NCBI GenBank assembly: GCA_032718475.1
Contig: JAUCBJ010006108.1
Location: forward strand, 1 to 50,177
Length of the DNA stretch: 50,177 nt
Origin: Nemertoderma westbladi
Lineage: Eukaryota; Animalia; Xenacoelomorpha
Reading direction: 5' to 3'
A model generated the notes under the pieces. That model was not told the DNA's origin and searched no databases. It saw only the letters and a list, made by a program, of their open reading frames with translations. The position numbers were made by a program, and so were the translations under genes. This document shows positions 34,251-44,710 of the stretch, piece by piece; position 1 is the stretch's first letter, and each line of letters begins with the position of its first letter.

Positions 34251-35327
34251 TTATTGAATATGCTGTACCCACGACTGTTTTTTGGATCCAATGACTCTGA
34301 TTAAATACTCTTTTTTCCCATTACGCACATGTTCTTTAAGTTTGCCAATATTTTTGTCAATCGGAAGATAAATATTACTACTCGGGTGGACCTTTTGGAG
34401 TTCATATGAATAAAATGATCCATTTATTATAGCACCAGCGCTGTCCTTAATATCAAACATTACCGCTGGTACTCTATCCAATCTGACCCGATGAATAATA
34501 AATAATTCACGTGTCCATTGTTCTCGATAGCCTTTAGCAAAAGCAGTACGCGCGATAGATAATCGTACTGTATCTCCAACTTTAAATTTTATTTTCTTGT
34601 GATTAATCTGTCTATATTTCCCATATAATCTATTAATTAATTCAGTTTCATTAAATTTATTAACTTCAATGGGCGTCATTTGTATAGTCCTATGAAATGA
34701 CCTATTATAAGCGAAAATAAGCTTTGGTAAAATTTTTATCCAAACATTATTTCCCCATTGCGTGAAAATTTTGAACATCTTTGTTTTTAATGTTCTATTG
34801 AATCTCTCGACAATAGCTGCCTTATTCACAGAGTACATTACGTAATAACGTACACCAATAGTATCTAAATATTTCCCTTGATCAGTCGCGATTCTGTTTG
34901 GTTTACCCTTCTGGAATATTTTTTGCAATATACTAATAATTTCAATACCTGTTTTCGTTTTCATACCATAGGCAAAAGCAAGCCGGCTAAAGGCATCAAT
35001 ACATGTTAATATATAGTTATAATTATTATTTTGTGATTTATATTGCTGCATATCCACCAGATCTATCATATATATATCTTTTAACCCTCCCGTAAATATT
35101 TTAGATGTTGGATAATGATGTCTATGTGGTGCCTGAAGGGAGTATGTCTTTTGCCCACTCAACCATTTCTGGGCATGAGCTGGTTTGATGTTTGCGGCTT
35201 TTGCTAATTTTGCGATACTTGCAAAACCCGCAGGTGATGAAGGATCTAAATAAATTCTTAACAGTTTTTTGTCTAAGCTTCGGCTTAAAATCGGTCTCAT
35301 CTTGCGTGGCATCTTTTCGACAACCAC
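34251..35327 (-). CDS. Polinton retroviral-like (rve) integrase with C-terminal chromo-like remnant
   Basis: YLDPSSPAGF, DLVDM (D), TDQGK (D; small deletion after it), VERFNRTLK (E), FKVGDTVR..FAKGY..W, KEYLIRV.G..QSWV. Confidence 0.93.
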   Translation of the reverse strand: MVVEKMPRKMRPILSRSLDKKLLRIYLDPSSPAGFASIAKLAKAANIKPAHAQKWLSGQKTYSLQAPHRHHYPTSKIFTGGLKDIYMIDLVDMQQYKSQNNNYNYILTCIDAFSRLAFAYGMKTKTGIEIISILQKIFQKGKPNRIATDQGKYLDTIGVRYYVMYSVNKAAIVERFNRTLKTKMFKIFTQWGNNVWIKILPKLIFAYNRSFHRTIQMTPIEVNKFNETELINRLYGKYRQINHKKIKFKVGDTVRLSIARTAFAKGYREQWTRELFIIHRVRLDRVPAVMFDIKDSAGAIINGSFYSYELQKVHPSSNIYLPIDKNIGKLKEHVRNGKKEYLIRVIGSKKQSWVQHIQ

Positions 35328-35532
35328 AAGTAATATGTATATTCAAATCTCTTATAAAGGGCATCACCGTAAAAACAGCTGAAATTTTTTTATTTTTTTG
35401 AAGTTGATGTTTTGAAGGGTTTTCTTTTTGTAGTATTTACTCTAGGTATATCTTGAGGTTTTAAATCAGTAGCTAACGGTTTACTCGATACTAAATATAA
35501 TTTTCTAAATGTTACTCCCGTTTTAACCATTA

Positions 35533-35916
35533 TTACCGTCCATGGTTAATTCTTTTCGCAATAGCCGCTCCAGCGGCGGCGGCACCAGCTCCCGCAGCGA
35601 GTTTCGCGCCAGTGCCAAGTAAGGGTATTAGAAACGGTAGTATACCACCAGATTGATTGGTTAACTTTTTTCTGTAACTTGATATATTTTTTGTTTTGCG
35701 GTTGAGTGATTTTAATACCTTTTTATAACGACGAATATTTCTAAATGAATGAGGGGTCAATTGTACGTTACCTTTTAGAACATTTAATGCAGTATTTACA
35801 ATGAGCTGTATTAATTCGTTACTCGCGGTATGGTTAATAAAATAAGTTCTTTGTTGAGGGGTAGCGCTGCCTATAAATTCAAATTCGTTACGATATTTCT
35901 GCACAAGTCTATTCAT
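35533..35916 (-). CDS. Adenovirus pX-like virion protein (Polinton PX-type)
   Basis: Basic region, then QSGG|ILPFLIPLL and an Ala-rich tail, matching the adenovirus pX GGILPLLIP motif with an adenain-type cleavage site. Confidence 0.75.
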   Translation of the reverse strand: MNRLVQKYRNEFEFIGSATPQQRTYFINHTASNELIQLIVNTALNVLKGNVQLTPHSFRNIRRYKKVLKSLNRKTKNISSYRKKLTNQSGGILPFLIPLLGTGAKLAAGAGAAAAGAAIAKRINHGR

Positions 35917-35946
35917 TATTGCAACATTATATATTGTTACAAAATA

Positions 35947-36680
35947 TTAATTATTATTATTATTATTATTTTCGCTACGTTTATAGTCAATGTAATTTTT
36001 AATGTAACAATTATGATTACGAAATATATCCGATCTAAATCTTAAATGTTCGGGTGTTTCTTGTCGTAAATCAATTAAGAAATGTGAAAATGGTTCAATT
36101 GTCGTATCTTGATAGGAATCTACTAAAAATTTGGTCTGCCCTGGTAACATCTGCTTCGCGAAATTTAAAACCGATAAACTGTCTCGTGGATTTTTCATTA
36201 ATACTAATTGATTATAATAATATTATTATAATCATAATAATATTATTATAATATAATAATATTATAATAATACTTAATTGATCTTGTACGGTTATGCTTC
36301 CCTCCGTAAAACATGTTTTGCGTTATAAAACAAATAAATATATTGGAATGATGAGCAACCTTAGTAAACAATACAGTTAAGGCTGTACTAGACTCAGTTT
36401 CTGTTAATAAATCATTTATAATTAATAAATCTCGGCTATTTACTAAACTATCTATATTTTCAGGCAAACCTTTGTAAAGGTGAGTAATACCAGGAATAGT
36501 CGGGGGATTGCTCCCGTAACAATACAATACTCGTAAGGGGGGTTCGTTGAAGCAACCATTCTTGTGTTTAATTAAATTACCAACAAATGTAGACTTTCCG
36601 GAACCAGACGGGCCAGAAATTATCATACTCGTTCCCATTTGAAAGTTTAAATTATATGGACCTGAATTAAAGTCAGCCAT
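35947..36680 (-). pseudogene. A32/FtsK-like genome packaging ATPase, broken by an AT-repeat expansion at ~36205-36275
   Basis: Walker A GPSGSGKS; Walker B LIINDL; HHSNI..ITQNMF; LMKNPRD; HFLIDL..TPEHLRFRSDIF. Confidence 0.9.
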
Positions 36681-36877
36681 TTATTATTATTATTAAGATA
36701 TATCAACAATACAATATAATATAATATAATATAATATACTATAACATAAAGAACCATCATCACCATTACTATGTATATATGTAACAATTCACAAAAAACA
36801 GCATTTTACAACAAACAGTATGTACAACTGTAGTATTAGTATATTTATCATGGCAATCTTTCGTTCTGCATATTACC

Positions 36878-37486
36878 TTAAGTGAAAAGATTGTGTAATC
36901 GTATACCAGCAATCAACAGACATTGTTTTCGATTTAAATAATGTCCATACGAAGTGAGATAGCAGTGACATCGTATTACGTGAATTACTCTCATACACAA
37001 ATCATTGCAAAGAATACCTTCATCAAGTTTCAAATAATACTTTTTTGGTTTTATACCTCTTGAAGATGATTCATCTTTATATGTCTTAAAGTAAATATCA
37101 AAACTACGTAAATTCTTATTTAATTTTACTGTGATATTTTTATGTTCTTCATCAAACAACCAAGGTACCATAAAGCCGCCTTTTTTCACTATATATCGAT
37201 AAAAAATATTCTGTGATATTGTAAATAACTTGTTAGGTTTGTTACTTTTTCCTGAAATGTAGATAGAATTCCGGAGCTCTTTCCAATAATATGGATTATA
37301 TAACTTGTTTACTCTGCAAAGTGTCTGTACTCTACAAATTGGGCAAATTTTAGTACAATCATTAATTTCAACATATTGATCAATACATGTCACGCAAGTT
37401 CCATGCTTATTAACACATATGTAACAATCAAGATGTTTTAAATTAGAATAACAAATACTACAATTTGTGTTTATTAATATATCCAT
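36878..37486 (-). CDS. RING-finger (C3HC4-type) protein, Polinton accessory gene
   Basis: CSIC-x9-CVNKHGTCVTC-x13-CPICR at the N-terminus. Confidence 0.75.
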   Translation of the reverse strand: MDILINTNCSICYSNLKHLDCYICVNKHGTCVTCIDQYVEINDCTKICPICRVQTLCRVNKLYNPYYWKELRNSIYISGKSNKPNKLFTISQNIFYRYIVKKGGFMVPWLFDEEHKNITVKLNKNLRSFDIYFKTYKDESSSRGIKPKKYYLKLDEGILCNDLCMRVIHVIRCHCYLTSYGHYLNRKQCLLIAGIRLHNLFT

Positions 37487-37553
37487 TTTTCTTAAATAAC
37501 CAAACCAAAATCGTTAAAATGTTGATAAAATATTTATAATATAGCTGAAAGAG

Positions 37554-37979
37554 TCAAGAATCATCTTCATTGTCATCGGTTTCATCAGTGGTTACAAGGG
37601 TTTCTTTCGAAATAATAACTATAAACAAAGCCAAAATTTCATAAGCATTTTTACGATCTAATTTGATCACAAACTTTTCACATATATTGCTCGCTATATT
37701 ACCACTATATTGAGTAATAACAATAATGTTATCTGACATTGATAAAATTGTGAATTTATCTAAATCATCTTCTTCTTTGTAATCTAAAAGGTAATTAGTA
37801 GAATCTACCTCACCGAAAATATCAATAGATCGTAGTTCTTTTCTTGCTTGTTCAGAAATATCTATTTTAAAATTAGGTTGTGAAGGACAATAAATAGTGT
37901 TACCAATAACAATACAAGTAAGATTATCTACAGTATTAAATGTATGTCTTATTACAGGCGTAGGTGTATCAGAAGACAT
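37554..37979 (-). CDS. Hypothetical acidic protein (Polinton accessory ORFan)
   Basis: Intact ORF; real ATG at 37979 after an (AAT)n run (the track's TTG start includes the microsatellite). Confidence 0.55.
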   Translation of the reverse strand: MSSDTPTPVIRHTFNTVDNLTCIVIGNTIYCPSQPNFKIDISEQARKELRSIDIFGEVDSTNYLLDYKEEDDLDKFTILSMSDNIIVITQYSGNIASNICEKFVIKLDRKNAYEILALFIVIISKETLVTTDETDDNEDDS

Positions 37980-38336
37980 TATTATTATTATTATTATTAT
38001 TTTATGTAATAACAATTAAATAACAGCGACAAGATAGATAAATAAATATTAATAATATTTTTTCTATTCTATTCATATATTTATATAGATCATTTTATAT
38101 ATATATACAACCAATCAACTAAGAACACATGTCACATGTAACCAATAGAAAGTAAATAATAACAGTAAATGAAGCAAAATAGGTCAGGCTACGGTATAAC
38201 TCAGATATTTATCGCCTTTTTCTTTTGAGGTTGGATGGAAGAGTGAGTGGAGAATTGTGGCGAATCATATTGGTCCCGAGTTCGAACCCGGTTGAATATT
38301 TTGTTATCTGAAAAATTGCAAAATTAAATTTAGTTA

Positions 38337-38612
38337 CTGGTGAAAAATTACGAAATGAAAAATAGTAGAAGTTACCTGTAGACACTCCTAGTGCCTGTAA
38401 AATAAAGGTTGGTGAATATGAAAATACTGGTTGCTGAAAAATTGCGATTTGAAAAATAGTAGAAGTTACCTGTAGACACTCCTAGCGTCTGTAAAATAAA
38501 GGTTGGTGAATATGAAAATACTGGTTGCTGAAAAATAGCGATTTGAAAAATAGTAGAAGTTACCTGATGCTAAGTGTAGACACCCGAACACCTGTAAAAT
38601 AAAGGTTGGTGA
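38337..38612. repeat. Three 94-bp tandem repeats in the putative Polinton terminal region
   Basis: AATAGTAGAAGTTACCTG at 38361, 38455 and 38549. Confidence 0.9.
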
Positions 38613-38844
38613 TTGGATGCAGTACTAGCGTTGGGTGACTAATAACGCCTCTAGCGGAATAAGCGGGAACATGAGAAGTTACCATGGTTACGGATGAAAT
38701 GCTGGCATCTGATTGGATGAAATAATAACGACCACTGGTAAAGGTTGAAATGGTGGCTTCTGATTGGATGCAGTACTAAAAATGGATGGTAATACTGGAC
38801 TATGGGTAACCTTGACGCAGTGTCATACAAACATATACTACTAC

Positions 38845-39012
38845 AGTACCAGTAGAAGTACCGGTACAAGTACCAGTACCAGTACAAGTACCGGTACAAG
38901 TACAGCAGTACCGGTACCAGTACAAGACCAGTATAAGTACAAGTAAAATTACAAGTACCGGTACCAGTACAAGTACAATAACAAGTACCGGTACCAATAC
39001 AAGTACCAGTAA
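38845..39012. repeat. 6-bp-unit microsatellite (GTACCA/GTACAA/GTACCG)
   Basis: Visible directly; abuts the putative Polinton terminus. Confidence 0.9.
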
Positions 39013-39083
39013 CAAATTTGCAAACAGATTTGTCCAAGTTTACATTAAAGTGTATTCCTGAACATAATGTGTACAGTACTTAC

Positions 39084-39238
39084 TGTCCGCATCTGACCTT
39101 CAATGATGATATCTTGTTATCCATTTCGTAAGTATGGAGGACAAACCAACCAACAGGACCATTAATGGTTAAAGAATCTCCACCGTAGTCAGTGTCAGCG
39201 TACATAGTCATCTCTGGGGAAACGCAGTCTCCAGGCAC
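39084..39238 (-). CDS. Host exon, beta/gamma-crystallin (Greek key) domain protein
   Basis: TTTAG acceptor and GTAAGT donor; VPGDCVSPEMTMYADTDYGGDSLTINGP...MDNKISSLKVRCG; starts in phase 0, matching the end of exon 46830-46947. Confidence 0.7.
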
Positions 39239-40351
39239 CTAAATATAAATACATTATGAAGGGTAAGATAAGAGATATGATTGTATCTTAAGGGGTTAGT
39301 GCTACTTTAACACAGTCAATGAAAACCAATAGTAGCACAACAGGGCTTGGCTTTGTCCAAAATGAATAATTTTTGGTATAAGATTCAATCGATAACTGAA
39401 GGTTGTTTTAAAAGATTTAAAAGAAAGTTTTTGAAATATAGTTATAATAATTTAGTGCCATTTAGTAGCATAAAATTATTACTATCTAAATTATTACAAC
39501 TCTTTTACAAACATTAGTTATATAACTAGTTATTTCGTATAAATAATTAGGATATACTGTTGAATGAAAATATTTGTCTAAATTTTTTGATATTGATTAT
39601 TTCAAATTTGATTACCAAATAAATTAATTATTTTTAGATTTTTTTCAAAAAATTAGCATTTTCCATACTTCGATCCAAAGAGTTAGGATCAAAATATTAA
39701 AATTTTGATCTCTGCTTGTCAATTTTAACATTTAATGACTTACAAAGTGTATGTTTGGGTGTCAGACTGTCTGTTATATTTTGACAGACAGCCAGACAGG
39801 GATACAGGTTGAACCGACAAGGCCAAATTTGATTAATGACATCATAGATGAAGTCACCGAACACGAAAACCCATGCAGGGAATTTTTTAGAGAGATAGTT
39901 TGCTTTTTAATGACGGACAACAAACATATAGAGCTATATCTCGAGAAGTAAGACAGATCTTGCTAAACGGTTTTTAAATTTGGAATCTTGATAAAAATCT
40001 CTAGATGAAACAGAAAAAAAATATATAAAAAAAAATTTGAATGCCTGTACTAATGTGTAATCTGTAAACCTTAAATACCATTCAACCTCCATCAATCTTC
40101 CCTACTCCAATTGAAATATTATAGTAAGATTGTATGATAGGTTTATTTATAGCTTGCCTATATGACGTATTTAACAACTACTTCAGTTTGGGAGCGGACG
40201 CTGAAATAGCTTTGCAGTTCCATCAATCCCGAGAGAAGAGACCGGAAAAATTAACTCGCGACTCTACAATAAATTCTATTACGCGAAACTTGGCGCTAAA
40301 TTTCAAAATAAAAACTACAGCAACCCAATAAGGAACACACTTAGAGGAGCT

Positions 40352-40702
40352 ATGTCAACCAAACGGGAACGCCAACCCATGCCACACAATCCAAATCCGA
40401 CACAAAGGTACACCAAGTACACCACCAACGCAAAGCACCCAAATATCTCTGTACTTTATATCGATGGTGTGAACATCGCCAATTCAGAGGAGGAAGTCAT
40501 CGACTATCTGCAATCCAAGCAAATCACAATCCACCGTATCACCACCCGTATTAATAGACACAGGAACTCAAAAAACGTGGAAGTTTCATTGGATTCTAAT
40601 GCTGCGGACTTCGTGACTGGGACTAACTTCTGGCCAGAAGGAATTACATGTCGGTACTGGGTGTACAAAGAAGGACACAGATACTGTATAACAAGCAGCT
40701 AA
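40352..40702 (+). CDS. LINE ORF1 RRM-like remnant
   Basis: LYIDGVN...EEVIDYL...FWPEGITCRYW motif typical of CR1/L2-group ORF1. Confidence 0.65.
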   Translation: MSTKRERQPMPHNPNPTQRYTKYTTNAKHPNISVLYIDGVNIANSEEEVIDYLQSKQITIHRITTRINRHRNSKNVEVSLDSNAADFVTGTNFWPEGITCRYWVYKEGHRYCITSS

Positions 40703-40931
40703 GCTACAACCATCCGGTGACCTCAGTGAGCAGGCCAACTGACCACCACACCCACCCACAACAGAGACCCACCAGCAGACAGTATGTTTAACCCCAACAT
40801 ACCCACGGAGAGCCAACAGGAATTACCAAAACCAATGCATAATAAACCACCAGAATGTTCTATTAAACTGCAAACCAGTAGCAAATTGTCAAACTCAAAT
40901 TATATATATTATATATATATATATTATTATA

Positions 40932-42060
40932 TTAGAAACAATGTGATCCAGGTGGAGAGCGCAAATGGAGCATTTGCGCCGTGCGAGCGCATGGCCGACG
41001 GCGTTGGCCATGTGGTATTGTATTAAATTGGTATTGTATTACAGTATTAGTAATCCCATGTAAAGTTAAAAGTTAAAGCCCATGTTGCTGATGGAAAATA
41101 ACAAATGCCTACCTTGATTTTGTTAAGGTCAGTTTTGTTTATACTTGAAGGCTTACATATATAAATATACATGGGCATAATATTCCAAATACTTTTGTTG
41201 CGCCTGTCGATTCGTATAAATCGACAGGCGCATAGACCCCCCCCCCCCCCCCCCCCCAATTTATATTACTTGTGTATTATTATTTGTGGAAGTAACACAT
41301 AACCCTAAGCTGGTGGAAGTGGAGGTCTTTTGGAACACACTAGAGATACCAGAGAACATTATATAAATTATAATTATTTGCACTAAAGTGAATTATTCTT
41401 GAAATTAAGTGCAAAATTTTCAACCATGCATATGAATCAGTAGTCATCAATAATAATACATACAGTATTCCACAACAATTAGTTATTGTAAATATATGTT
41501 AAATAAAACATTTTTTGGGGGACGGTGGGGCAAAGCCCCCCCCCCCCCCCCCCCGCCAATTAGGTAATTAAGTAATTAGTTAATTACTAATTAACGGTAG
41601 GAGATACGGCATCGGTGCCAGAGACTTTTTTGTGTAGAATAAAATTCCGAACAACTTTGTGATGTTACGTTTTTTCATAACTCTTAGTGTTTTCGAGTTC
41701 CGACGCTAATTAGTTTTCGGCTAATTAGTACTAATTAACAGTAATAGGAGGGCCATAGCGATGACTGAACTTTTTTTAGATCTTACCGAGATGAACAAAA
41801 AAAACACCGTTGCTAGGGGAAAAACCAAATACTTTTCGAGAAAAATCAATTAAAAATCTTTAATCGCTAATTACTAATTAATTAATTAACAGATTTTTGC
41901 CAAATATTTCTCTGCTGTGCGCGCTCGGGCCATCTATAAGATCGCGCAAACAGAATCGTTCTAGCTTTCGCCGTTCTCCTGGAAAAATCCTTTAAAAAAC
42001 CACCTAAAAAAGATCAAAGCAAAGTGCCTACTTCCGAGGGGGTTCTATATAATGCTATCT
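40932..42060. mobile_element. Possible non-autonomous Helitron/Helentron-like insertion within the LINE
   Basis: Non-coding insert in AT-only flanks, with GC hairpins near its left end (GCGCAAATG-gag-CATTTGCGC at 40959-40979; second stem at 40990-41012) and TTCTAA at the minus-strand end; right end uncertain. Confidence 0.3.
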
Positions 42061-42667
42061 TATGAGGTTTTACTTTGGTGTTTATTTTAGTTTGCTAAGT
42101 TCCATTAAAAAGGCTGCATTATTTATTCCTCATAAGACTCTGTCGAGCCTTTGGCTCTCCAGTGGCAGCCTATTGCTCCAGTCTCCTATCAAAAATGAAA
42201 CCTAACTACAAATAAACACTTTAATAACTGCACGAATAACTATCCTATATATTAGAAAATACAGGACTTTTAGTCCGCCGAAAGGGGTAAGTCTACATAC
42301 TAAATTTGATAAAAATAAAGGGTTTCAGGATTTAAACACTGTACCCGGGGAAACACAGCTCCATCATCAGCAGTGTACTGTGAGTCCCTACCCTATCTAA
42401 ATACAGCACAGTACCAATTGACCAATACAATACAGGAAATGAAAACAAATACTGAAATAGAGAAATAAACAAATCAGACCGGTAGTAAATAGATGAAACC
42501 CAAAAACTGATACCACTAAAGCCTAAATAAAATACATGAAACCAAAATAAGAATGAACCCAAATGAGAATAGTGACCAAATAGTGAAAATTTATTATATT
42601 TTTATATTATTTATTTTATATTATTATTATGAACATTATATTATTATTATATTATATTATATATATA

Positions 42668-44710
42668 TTAGGATGGCCACATTAAACACCAGGGGATTTT
42701 CTTAAAACACTTACTACATACAGCAACGTCTCAAATCTTGTGACATCGTCGCCATACAGGAACACTGGCTTGATGATATCGAGTGCAGGACTACTCTACG
42801 ACCATTGGACGGTCGCTTCCACTGCGTAAGTACAGTAACTAGTGAACTTATGAGTAACCCCAACAGACGTAGAGGAGCCGGTGGTGCGGTGGATCCGCTT
42901 TATACATTAAGAAGAGAATCCTGAAATCCGAGCCAGTAAAAATTACTTCAGGAGATGAAACTGTTGGAGTACTGGCTCATCTGGTAGGTAGCAACTCATA
43001 CTACAGTACCTCATACTGTCTTCCTACGCCCCAGATTCCGGTAAAGAGATATACTTATATCATGAGTTCCTGGGACGCCTCCGAGCCCTTATTAGCTTGT
43101 ATCCTATGGCAACCCCAACCATCCTCACTGACTTCAATGCAGATCTAGGCGATCTACTGTACAAGGACCCAGAACAAGTCAACATGGATGCTCCGAAAGG
43201 GGCCACCTCTTCAATAACTTTTTACGTACAAACAGCTTAGTGGCAGCTGACACTCATGCACCCTTCCAAGGACCATGTGTAACATTTAAAGGGGCACACG
43301 GCGAATCTTACCTCGATCACATAGTCACCTCCAGTAACTGTCTAAACTCTTTCACCAATGGCCGGGTTTACGAGCACGACCCTTCCAACAACCTATCCGA
43401 TCACGCACCTACCACTGCCCATTTCAAGATATGCCAACCTATAACCAACCCAACAGAAAACCCACACGAGAAGGTACGGCAACATAAATTTGCTTGGACA
43501 CAGAACTGCGCAACGGGACTTATACAAATCAGCCATGGATGAAGGACTATCAGTATTTCAAAAAGATCTGAATCACCTTCTAGAGTGTAGCTCCCCCAAG
43601 TCAGAACTTGATAATGTTTGTGATACATCGAAAGGATCGCCAGTATATGTTTGCCAACTTGACATTGAGGCTGCTTTCGATAACGTTGACCACACTATCT
43701 TAGTAGAAAAGAGCTGAACAACAATGTTAATCCTTACATAATTTGCCTTATATCAGCTTACTTTGGATCGAGCAAAATCTTCCTAAAATTCGGCGATCTA
43801 GTCGACCCAACTCCAATAAAGTCTCGCGGGGATTAAAACAGGGATCACTCATTTCACACATCCTCTACAATCTTTACACCTCCAACATCTTAAGCGGAAT
43901 AGAACATAGTAACCTCGGATGCCGAATTGACACATCCTGGCTTGGTACAGTGGCCTATGCTGACGATTACCTACTCCTGGGAACCTCGCTTAACTCCATC
44001 GAGAAGATGTGCGACATACTCATACAGGAAGCCGCTCAGGTATCCCTCCAAATCGACATGAAGAAAACAAAATGGTAAAACAAAACCGTAACTCTATGAC
44101 CCACAAGGAATGTTTCATTACAGTCAACGGATCACTAATCCAAATGTCGGACCATCTGAAATTCCTCGGACACAAACTGGGAAATTCTAACCCTGCTAGC
44201 AACCTCCACGATGTTATCCAGACAATAGCCATGATGTCGCAAGTTTTCCATACCAAAGGATGGACAGCAAGGTGGCTCAACCTAGAGACCATCTTTAAGA
44301 TGTGGAACACACTCGCCGTCCCTGTTATAATCTACAGATTAACTCTGACTATTGGATCCCTACGCCGAAAGGATATCGACAAACTCGACGCCTACCAACG
44401 AAAGGTGCAATGCGGTCTCTTTCTTCTTGGGAACTATTTGGAGAATAATACACTATATCTACTCTCCGGGACCCCACCATTATCGATCATTGCCTATCGG
44501 AGTTGCTATAGAACCTTAGTTAGAACACTTGATTGCCCCAGTTTCGAGCTACAGTTACCTTTCCGCATTGCCTCACAACTCAACTTGGGTAACTCCCACT
44601 TACATAAGGGAATTTCAAGTGGATATCACAAAGCAATGGCAACATACCCCCTGCCACAGACAGCTACGTTCAATTATATACTTCAAATACAGAACTACAT
44701 CCATCACTAA
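42668..44710 (+). pseudogene. LINE ORF2 remnant (APE endonuclease and RT) with frameshifts and an internal deletion
   Basis: ATLNTRG, IQEHWL, TDFNAD, YLDHI, LSDHAP; LDIEAAFDNVDH, GLKQGSLIS, AYADD, KFLG. Confidence 0.85.

Larger units (their letters stand above)
1..38842. mobile_element. Polinton/Maverick (adintovirus-like) endogenous element, degenerate; left end outside the window; carries nested LINE and LTR insertions
   Basis: Diagnostic gene set in Polinton-like order: pPolB, cysteine protease, major capsid, core protein, pentons, rve integrase, pX-like protein, ATPase. Putative right terminus ...ATATACTACT at 38842, which reads AGTAGT on the minus strand, a typical Polinton end. Left TIR and TSD not visible. 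Confidence 0.9.

Noticed and set aside
36205-36275. Intron within the ATPase
   Set aside because: Removing the available GT...AG segment does not restore the frame; an AT-repeat expansion fits better.
38651-39037. CTGTGT / VLVP repeat ORFs
   Set aside because: Translations of the 6-bp microsatellite.
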